Shown in pieces: positions 49,397 to 61,300 of a stretch of 64,000 nt of DNA (positions are counted from its first letter, which is position 1; each line of letters starts with the position of its first letter). Under the pieces are notes generated by a model. The model was not told the DNA's origin, did not search any database, and worked only from the letters and a program-made list of their open reading frames with translations. Source of the DNA: the human T2T-CHM13v2.0 reference genome, Homo sapiens. Location of the stretch: assembly GCF_009914755.1 (NCBI RefSeq), contig NC_060937.1; one strand, 5' to 3'. Position numbers and translations under genes: made by a program.

Positions 49397-49448
49397 GTAC
49401 ATAAAATATCAAAGTACCCAAACTATACTACTTTGATATTTTATGTAC
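49397..49448. other. Inversion (strand-switch) junction at 49428/49429 with 20-bp perfect inverted repeat and 12-nt loop
   Basis: ...CCCAAACTATAC|TACTTTGATATTTTATGTAC... GTACATAAAATATCAAAGTA (49397-49416) is the exact reverse complement of 49429-49448. The loop is CCCAAACTATAC. Confidence 0.93.
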
Positions 49449-52330
49449 AGAATAAAATATATATTTCATGTACTTTCATATTTTATATACAGTATATAAT
49501 ACATGCTTTGGGTACTTTGATATTTTTTGTACAGTATAGAATATATACCTTGGGTACTTTGATATTTTATGTATAGTATATAATATATAGTTTGTGAACT
49601 TTGATATTTCATGTAGAGTAAGTAATATATATTTGGGGTACTTTGATATTTTATGTACAGTATATAATGTATATTTGATGTACTTTCGAATTTTATGTGC
49701 CTAATATAATATATATTTGATGTAATTTCATATTTTATGTACAGTATATAATGTATAGTTTGGGTACTTTGATATTTTATGTACACTATAGAATATATAT
49801 CTGGTGTACTTTAATATTTTATGTACAGAATAAAATATATATTTGATGTACTTTCATATTTTAGATACAGTATATAATACTTGCTTTGGGTACTTTGATA
49901 TTTTTTGTGCAGTATAGAATGTATACCTTGGGTACTTTGATATTTTATGTACAGTATATAATATATAGTTTGTGAACTTTGATATTTCATGTAGAGTATA
50001 TAATATATATTTGGGGTACTTTGATATTTTATGTACACTATATAATCTATATTTGATGAACTTTCATATTTTATGTACCTAATATAATATATATTTGATG
50101 TAATTTCATATTTTATGTACAGTATATAATGTATAGTTTGGGTATTTGATATTTTATGTACACTATAGAATATATATCTGGTGTACTTTGATATTTTATG
50201 TACAGAATAAAATATATATTTGATGTACTTTCATATTTTATGTACAGTATATAATACATGCTTTGGGTACTTTGATATTTTTTGTACAGTATAGAATATA
50301 TACCTTGGGTACTTTGATATTTTATGTACAGTATATAATATATGGTTTGTGAACTTTGATATTTCATGTAGAGTATAAAATATATATTTGTGGTACATTG
50401 ATATTATATGTACAGTATATAATCTATATTTCATTTACTTTCATATTTTATTTACCTAATATATATTTGATGTAATTTCATATTTTATGTACAGTATATA
50501 ATGTATAGTTTGTGTACTTTGTTATTTTATGTACACTATAGAATATATATCTGGTGTACTTTGATATTTTATGTACAGAATAAAATATATATTTGATGTA
50601 CTTTCATATTTTATGTACAGTATATAATACATGCTTTGTGTACTTTGATATTTTTTGTACAGTATAGAATATATACCTTGGGTACTTTGATATTTTATGT
50701 ACAGTATATAATATATGGTTTGTGAACTTTGATATTTCATGTAGAGTATAAAATATATATTTGGGGTTCATTGATATTTTATGTACAGTATATAATCTAT
50801 ATTTGATGTACTTTCATATTTTATGTACCTAATATATATTTGACGTAATTTCATATTTTATGTACAGTATATAATTTATAGTTTGTGTACTTTGCTATTT
50901 TATGTACACTATAGAATATATATCTGGTGTACCTTGATATTTTATGTACAGAATAAAATATATATTTGATGTACTTTCATATTTTATGTACAGTATATAA
51001 TACATGCTTTGGGTACTTTGATATTTTTTGTACAGTATAGAATATATACCTTGGGTACTTTGATATTTTATGTACAGTATATAATATATAGTTTGTGAAC
51101 TTTGTTATTTCATGTACAGTATATAATATATATTTGGGGTACTTTGATATTTTATGTACAGTATATAATCTATATTTGATGTACTTTCATATTTTATGTA
51201 CCTAATATATATTTGATGTAATTTCATATTTTATGTACAGTATATAATGTATAGTTTGGGTACTTTGATATTTTATGTACACTATAGAATATATATCTGG
51301 TGTACTTTGATATTTTATGTACAGAAGAAAATATATATTTGATGTAATTTAAAATTTTAGGTACAGTATATAATACATGCTTTTGGTACTTGTTATTTTT
51401 TGTACAGTATAGAATATATACCTCGGGTACTTTGATATTACATGTACAGTATATAATATATAGTTTGTGAACTTTGATATTTCATGTACAGTATAAAATA
51501 TATATTTGGGGTACTTTGCTATTTAATGAACAGTATATAATCTATATTTGATGTACTTTCATATTTTAAGTACCTAATATAATATATATCTTATGTAATT
51601 TCATCTTTTATGTAGAGTATATAATGTATAGTTTGGGTACTTTGATATTTTATGTACACTATAGAATATATATCTGGTGTACTTTGATATTTTATGTACA
51701 GAATAAAATCTATATTTGATGTACTTTCATATTTTATGTACAGTATATAATACATGCTTTTGGTACTTTGTTATTTTTTGTATAGTATAGAATATATACT
51801 TCGGGTACTTTGATATTACATGTACAGTATATAATATATAGTTTGTGAACTTTGATATTTCATGTACAGTATAAAATATATATTTGAGGTACTTTGGTAT
51901 TTAATTTACAGTATATAATCTATATTTGATGTACTTTCATATCTTATGTACCTAATATAATATATATTTTATGTAATTTCATATTTTATGTACAGTATAT
52001 AATGTATAGTTAGGGTACTTTGATATTTTATGTACACTATAGAATATATATCTGGTGTACTTTGATATTTTATGTACAGAATAAAATATATATTTGATGT
52101 AATTTCATATTTTATGTACAGTATATAATACATGCTTTGGGTACTTTGATATTTTTTGTATAGTATAGAATATATACTTTGGGTACTTTGATATTTTATA
52201 TATAGTATATAATATATGGTTTGTGAAATTTGATATTTCATTTAGAGTATAAAATATATATTTGGGGTACATTGATATTTTATGTACAGTATATAATCTA
52301 TATTTGATGTACTTTCATATTTTATGTACT
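49429..52330 (-). repeat. Inverted, more diverged canonical 9-mer (378/373) block
   Basis: m1-m9 order is retained, with TTCTATAGTG-type m5 and both m7 lengths. Many private substitutions, and no ORF is listed between 50740 and 51969. Confidence 0.8.
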
Positions 52331-52399
52331 TAATATATATTTGATGTAATTTCATATTTTATGTACAGTATATAATGTATAGTTTGGGTACTTTGATAT

Positions 52400-55300
52400 T
52401 TTATGTACACTATAAAATATATATCTGGTGTACTTTGATATTTCATGTACAGTATATCATATATATTTGGGGTTCCTTTATATTTTATGTATGGTATATA
52501 ATCTATATTTGATGTACTTTCATATTTTACGTACCTAATATAATATATATTTGATATAATTCCATATTTTATGTACAGTATGTAATGTATAGTTTGGGTA
52601 CTTTGATATTTTATGTACACTATAAAATATATATCTGGTGTACTTTGTTATTTTATGTACAGAATAAAATATATATTTGATGTACTTTCATATTTTATGT
52701 ACAGTATATAATACATGCTTTGGGTACTTTCATATTTTTTGTACAGTATAGAATATATACCTTGGGTACTTTGATATTTTATGTACAGTATATAATATAT
52801 ACTTTGTGTATTTTGATATTTCATGTACAGTATATAATATATAGTTGGGGTACTTTGATATTTTATGTACAGTATATAATCTATACTAGAAGTACTTTCA
52901 TATTTTATGTACCTAATATAATATATATTTGATGTAATTTCATATTTTATGTACAGTATATAATGTATAGTTTGGGTACTTTGATATTTTATGTACACTA
53001 TAAAATATATATCTGGTGTACTTTGATATTTCATGTACAGAATAAAATATATATTTGATGTACTTTCATATTTTATGTACAGTATATAATACATGCTTTG
53101 GGTACTTTGATATTTTATGTACATTATATAATATATATTTTGTAAATTTTGATATTTCATGTAGAATGTATAATATATATTTGGGCTACTTTGATATTTT
53201 ATGTACATTAAATCATCTATATTTTATGTACTTTCATATTTTATGTACCTAATATAATATATATTTGATGTGCTTTCATATTTTATGTACAGTATATAAT
53301 ACATGCTTTGGGTACTTTGATATTTTTTTTACAGTATAGAATATATACCTTGAATACTTTGATATTTTATGTACAGTATATAATATATAGTTTGTGTATT
53401 TTGATATTTCATGTACAGTATATAATATATAGTTGGGGTTCTTTTATATATTATGTACAGTATATAATCTATATTTGATGTACTTTCATATTTTATGTAC
53501 CTAATATAATATATATTTGATGTAATTTCATATTTTATGTACAGTATATAATGTATAGTTTGGGTACCTTGATATTTTATGTACACTATAAAATATATAT
53601 CTGGTGTACTTTGATATTTTATGTACAGAATAAAATATATATTTGATGTACTTTCATCTTTTATGTACAGTATATAATACTTGCTTTGGGTACTTTGATA
53701 TTTTATGTACATTATATAATATATATTTTGTAAATTTTGATATTTCATGTACACTGTATAATATATATTTGGGCTCCTTTGATATTTTATGTACAGTATA
53801 TCATCTATATTTTATGTACTTTCATATTTTATGTACCTAATATAATATATATTTGATGTGCTTTCATATTTTATGTACAGTATATAATACATGCTTTGGG
53901 TACTTTGATTTTTTTTTACAGTATAGAATATATACCTTGGGTACTTTGATATATTATCTACAGTATATAATATATAGTTTGTGAACTTTGATATTTCATG
54001 TACAGTATATCATATATATTTGGGGTTCCTTTATATTTTATGTATGGTATATAATCTATATTTGATGTACTTTCATATTTTACGTACCTAATATAATATA
54101 TATTTGATGTAATTCCATATTTTATGTACAGTATGTAATGTATAGTTTGGGTACTTTGATATTTTATGTACACTATACAATATATATCTGGTGTACTTTG
54201 TTATTTTACGTATAGAATAAAATATATATTTGATGTACTTTCATATTTTATGTACAGTATATAATACATGCTTTGGGTACTTTGATATTTTTTGTACAGT
54301 ATAGAATATATACCTTGGGTACTTTGATATTTTATGTAGAGTATATAATATATAGTTTGTGTATTTTGATATTTCATGTACAGTATATAATATATAGTTG
54401 GGGTTCTTTTATATATTATGTACAGTATATAATCTATATTTGATGTACTTTCATATTTTACGTACCTAATATAATATATATTTGATGTAATTTCATATTT
54501 TATGTACAGTATATAATGTATAGTTTGGGTACCTTGATATTTTATGTACACTATAAAATATATATCTGGTGTACTTTGATATTTTATGTACAGAATAAAA
54601 TATATATTTGATGTACTTTCATCTTTTATGTACAGTATATAATACTTGCTTTGGGTACTTTGATATTTTATGTACATTATATAATATATATTTTGTAAAT
54701 TTTGATATTTCATGTACACTGTATAATATATATTTGGGCTACTTTGATATTTTATGTACAGTATATCATCTATATTTTATGTACTTTCATATTTAATGTA
54801 ACTAATATAATATATATTTGATGTGCTTTCATATTTTATGTACAGTATATACTACATGCTTTGGGTACTTTGATATTTTTTTTACTGTATAGAATATATA
54901 CCTTGGGTACTTTGATATTTTATCTACAGTATATAATATATAGTTTGTGAACTTTGATATTTCATGTACAGTATATCATATATATTTGGGGTTCCTTTAT
55001 ATTTTATGTATGGTATATAATCTATATTTGATGTACTTTCATATTTTATGTACAGTATATAATACATGCTTTGGGTACTTTGATATTTTTTGTACAGTAT
55101 AGAATATATACCTTGGGTATTTTGATATTTTATATACAGTATATAATATATAGTTTGTGTATTTTGATATTTCATTTACAGTATATAATATATAGTTGGG
55201 GTTCTTTTATATATTATGTACAGTATATAATCTATATTTGATGTACTTTCATATTTTACGTACCTAATATAATATATATTTTATGTAATTTCATATTTTA

Positions 55301-58300
55301 TGTACAGTATATAATGTATAGTTTGGGTACCTTTATATTTTATGTACAGTATAAAATATATATCTGGTGTACTTTGATATTTTATGTACAGAATAAAATA
55401 TATATTTGATGTACTTTCATCCTTTATGTACAGTATATAATACTTGGTTTGGGTACTTTGATATTTTATGTACATTATATAATATATATTTTGTAAATTT
55501 TGATATTTCATGTACACTGTATAATATATATTTGGGCTACTTTGATATTTTAAGTACAGTATATCATCTATATTTTATGTACTTTCACATTTTATGTACC
55601 TAATATAATATGTATTTGATGTAATTTCATATTTTATATACAGTATATAATACATGCTTTGGGTACTTTGATTTTTTTTTACAGTATAGAATATATACCT
55701 TGGGTACTTTGATATTTTATCTACAGTATATAATATATAGTTTGTGAACTTTGATATTTCATGTACAGTATATCATATATATTTGGGGTTCCTTTATATT
55801 TTATGTATGGTATATAATCTATATTTGATGTACTTTCATATTTTACGTACCTAATATAATATATATTTGATGTAATTCCATATTTCATGTACAGTATGTA
55901 ATGTATAGTTTGGGTACTTTGATATTTTATGTACACTATAAAATATATATCTGGTGTACTTTGTTATTTTATGTACAGAATAAAATATATATTTGATGTA
56001 CTTTCATATTTTATGTACAGTATATAATACATGCTTTGGGTACTTTGATATTTTTTGTACAGTATAGAATATATACCTTGGGTACTTTGATATTTTATGT
56101 ACAGTATATAATTTATAGTTTGTGTATTTTGATATTTCATGTACAGTATATAATATATAGTTGGGGTTCTTTTATATATTATGTACAGTATATAATCTAT
56201 ATTTGATGTACTTTCATATTTTACGTACCTAATATAATATATATTTGATGTAATTCCATATTTTATGTACAGTATATAATGTATAGTTTGGGTAACTTGA
56301 TATTTTATGTACACTATAAAATATATATCTGGTGTATTTTGATATTTTATGTACAGAATAAAATATATATTTCATGTACTTTCATCTTTTATGTACAGTA
56401 TATAATACTTGCTTTGGGTACTTTGATATTTTATGTACATTATATAATATATATTTTGTAAATTTTGATATTTCATGTACACTGTATAATATATATTTGG
56501 GCTACTTTGATATTTTATGTACAGTATATCATCTATATTTTATGTACTTTCATATTTTATGTACCTAATATAATATATATTTGATGTGCTTTCATATTTT
56601 ATGTACAGTATATAATACATGCTTTGGGTACTTTGATATTTTTTTTACAGTATAGAATATATACCTTGGGTACTTTGATATTTTATCTACAGTATATAAT
56701 ATATAGTTTGTGAACTTTGATATTTCATGTACAGTATATCATATATATTTGGGGTTCCTTTATATTTTATGTATGGTATATAATCTATATTTGATGTACT
56801 TTCATATTTTACGTACCTAATATAATATATATTTGATGTAATTCCATATTTTATGTACAGTATGTAATGTATAGTTTGGGTAATTTCATATTTTATGTAC
56901 ACTATAAAATATATATCTGGTGTACTTTGTTATTTTATGTACAGAATAAAATATATATTTGATGTACTTTCATATTTTATGTACAGTATATAATACACGC
57001 TTTGTGTACTTTGATATTTTTTTTACAGTATAGAATATATACCTTGGGTACTTTGATACTTTATCTACAGTATATAATATATAGTTTGTGAACTTTGATA
57101 TTTCATGTACAGTATATCATCTATATTTTATGTACTTTCATATTTTATGTACCTAATATAATATATATTTGATGTAATTTCATATTGTATGTACAGTATA
57201 TAATACATGCTTTGGGTACTTTGATATTTTTTTTACAGTATAGAATATATACCTAGGGTACTTTGATATTTTATCTACAGTATATAATACATAGTTTGTG
57301 AACTTTGATATTTCATGTACAGTATATCATATATATTTGGGGTTCCTTTATATTTTATGTATGGTATATAATCTATATTTGATGTACTTTCATATTTTAC
57401 GTACCTAATATAATATATATTTGATGTAATTCCATATTTTATGTACAGTATGTAATGTATAGTTTGGGTAATTTCATATTTTATCTACACTATAAAATAT
57501 ATATCTGGTGTACTTTGTTATTTTATGTACAGAATAAAATATATATTTGATGTACTTTCATATTTTATGTACAGTATATAATACATGCTTTGGGTACTTT
57601 GATATTTTTTTTACAGTATAGAATATATAACTTGGGTACTTTGATATTTTATCTACAGTATATAATATATAGTTTGTGAACTTTGATATTTCATGTACAA
57701 TATATCATCTATATTTTATGTACTTTCATATTTTATTTACCTAATATAATATATATTTGATGTAATTTCATATTTTATGTACAGTATATAATACATGCTT
57801 TGGGTACTTTGATATTTTTTTTACAGTATAGAATATATACCTTGGGTACTTTGATATTTTATCTACAGTATATAATATATAGTTTGTGAACTTTGATATT
57901 TCATGTACAGTATATCATATATATTTGGGGTTCCTTTATATTTTATGTATGGTATATAATCTATATTTGATGTACTTTCATCTTTTACGTAACTAATATA
58001 ATATATATTTGATGTAATTCCATATTTTATGTACAGTATGTAATGTATAGTTTGGGTACTTTCTTATTTTATGTACACTATAAAATATATATCTGGTGTA
58101 CTTTGTTATTTTATGTATAGAATAAAATATATATTTGATGTACTTTCATCTTTTATGTACAGTATATAATACGTGCTTTCGGTACTTTGATATTTTTTGT
58201 AAAGTATAGAATATATACCTTGGGTACTTTGATACTTTATGTACAGTATATAATATATAGTTTGTGTATTTTGATATTTCATGTACAGTATATAATATAT

Positions 58301-61300
58301 AGTTGGGGTTCTTTTATGCATTATGTACAGTATAAAATCTATATTTGATGTACTTTCATATTTTACGTACCTAATATAATATATATTTGATGTAATTTCA
58401 TATTTTATGTACAGTATATAATGTATAGTTTGGGTACCTTGATATTTTATGTACACTATAAAATATATATCTGGTGTACTTTGATATTTTATGTACAGAA
58501 TAAGATATATATTTGATGTACTTTCATCTTTTATGTACAGTATATAATACTTGCTTTGTGTACTTTGATATTTTATGTACATTATATAATATATATTTTG
58601 TAAATTTTGATATTTCATGTACACTGTATAATATATATTTGGGCTACTTTGATATTTTATGTACAGTATATCATCTATATTTTATGTACTTTCATATTTT
58701 ATGTACCTAATATAATATATATTTGATGTGCTTTCATATTTTATGTACAGTATATAATACATGCTTTGGGTACTTTGATATTTTTTTTTAGTATAGAATA
58801 TATACCTTGGGTACTTTGATATTTTATCTACAGTATATAATATATAGTTTGTGAACTTTGATACTTCATGTACAGTATATCATATATATTTGGGGTTCCT
58901 TTATATTTTATGTATGGTATATAATCTATATTTGATGTACTTTCATATTTTACGTACCTAATATAATATATATTTGATGTAATTCCATATTTTATGTAGA
59001 GTATGTAATTTATAGTTTGGGTAATTTCATATTTTATGTACACTATAAAATATATATCTGGTGTACTTTGTTATTTTATGTACAGAATAAAATATATATT
59101 TGATGTACCTTCATATTTTATGTACAGTATATAATACACGCTTTGGGTACTTTGATATTTTATGTACTTTATATAATATATATTTTGTAAATTTTGATAT
59201 TTCATGTACACTGTATAATATATATTTGGGCTACTTTGATATTTCATGTACAGTATATCATCTATATTTTATGTACTTTCATATTTATGTACCTAATATA
59301 ATATATATTTGATGTAATTTCATATTGTATGCACAGTATATAATACATGCTTTGGGTACTTTGATATTTTTTTTACAGTATAGAATATATACCTTGGGTA
59401 CTTTGATATTTTATCTACAGTATATAATATATAGTTTGTGAACTTTGATATTTCATGTACAGTATATCATATATATTTGGGGTTCCTTTATATTTTATGT
59501 ATGGTATATAATCTATATTTGATGTACTTTCATATTTTACGTACCTAATATAATATATATTTGATGTAATTCCATATTTTATGTACAGTATATAATGTAT
59601 AGTTTGGGTAATTTCATATTTTATGTACACTATAAAATATATATCTGGTGTACTTTGTTATTTTATGTACAGAATAAAATATATATTTGATGTACTTTCA
59701 TATTTTATGTACAGTATATAATACATGCTTTGGGTACTTTGATATTTTTTTTACAGTATAGAATATATACCTTGGGTACTTTGATATTTTATCTACAGTA
59801 TATAATATATAGTTTGTGAACTTTGATATTTCATGTACAGTATATCATCTATATTTTATGTACTTTCATATTTTATTAACCTAATATAATATATATTTGA
59901 TGTAATTTCATATTTTATGTACAGTATATAATACATGCTTTGGGTACTTTGATATTTTTTTTACAGTATAGAATATATACCTTGGGTACTCTGATATTTT
60001 ATCTACAGTATATAATATATAGTTTGTGAACTTTGATATTTCATGTACAGTATATCATATATATTTGGGGTTCCTTTATATTTTATGTATGGTATATAAT
60101 CTATATTTGATGTACTTTCATATTTTACGTACCTAATATAATATATATTTGATGTAATTCCATATTTTATGTACAGTATGTAATGTATAGTTTGGGTACT
60201 TTGATATTTTATGTACACTATAAAATATATATCTGGTGTACTTTGTTATTTTATGTACAGAATAAAATATATATTTGATGTACTTTCATCTTTTATGTAC
60301 AGTATATAATACATGCTTTGGGTACTTTGATATTTTTTGTACAGTATAGAATATATACCTTGGGTACTTTGATACTTTATGTACAGTATATAATATATAG
60401 TTTGTGTATTTTGATATTTCATGTACAGTATATAATATATAGTTGGGGTTCTTTTATATATTATGTACAGTATATAATCTATATTTGATGTACTTTCATA
60501 TTTTAAATACCTAATATAATATATATTTGATGTAATTTCATATTTTATGTACAGTATATAATGTATAGTTTGGGTACCTTGATATTTTTTGTACACTATA
60601 AAATATATATCTGGTGTACTTTGATATTTTATGTACAGAATAAAATATATATTTGATGTACTTTCATCTTTTATTACAGTATATAATACTTGCTTTGGGT
60701 ACTTTGATATTTTATGTACATTATGTAATATATATTTTGTAAATTTTGATATTTCATGTACACTCTATAATATATATTTGGGCTACTTTGATATTTTATG
60801 TACAGTATATCATCTATATTTTATGTACTTTCATATTTTATGTGCCTAATATAATATATATTTGATGTGCTTTCATATTTTATGTACAGTATATAATACA
60901 TGCTTTGGGTACTTTGATATTTTTTTTACAGTATAGAATAGATACCTTGGGTACTTTGATATTTTATCTACAGTATATAATATATAGTTTGTGAACTTTG
61001 ATATTTCATGTACAGTATATCATATATATTTGGGGTTCCTTTATATTTTATGTATGGTATATAATCTATATTTGATGTACTTTCATATTTTACGTACCTA
61101 ATATAATATATATTTGATGTAATTCCATATTTTATGTACAGTATGTAATGAATAGTTTGGGTAATTTCATATTTTATGTACACTATAAAATATATATCTG
61201 GTGTACTTTGTTATTTTATGTACAGAATAAAATATATATTTGATGTACTTTCATATTTTATGTACAGTATATAATACATGCTTTGGGTACTTTGATATTT

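Larger units (their letters stand above)
1..49428 (+). repeat. HSat1A (SAR) satellite array, A-rich strand on +; 42-bp monomer in a 378-bp 9-mer higher-order repeat
   Basis: Continuous 42-bp periodicity (e.g. TACATAAAATATCAAAGTACCCAAACTATACATTATATACTG). Two GTAC sites per monomer at alternating 17/25 bp, the classical satellite I RsaI A/B subunits. Nine distinguishable monomers recur every 378 bp. Family name is from recognition of the consensus, not a database search. The array runs off the left edge. Confidence 0.95.

Noticed and set aside
49375-49480. Perfect fold-back palindrome, hairpin telomere, rho-independent terminator or transposon terminal inverted repeats
   Set aside because: The arms differ at private variants near the centre and continue as ordinary satellite. 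There is no enclosed element or GC-rich stem. The TACTAC is fully explained by the two arms and is not a convincing target-site duplication.
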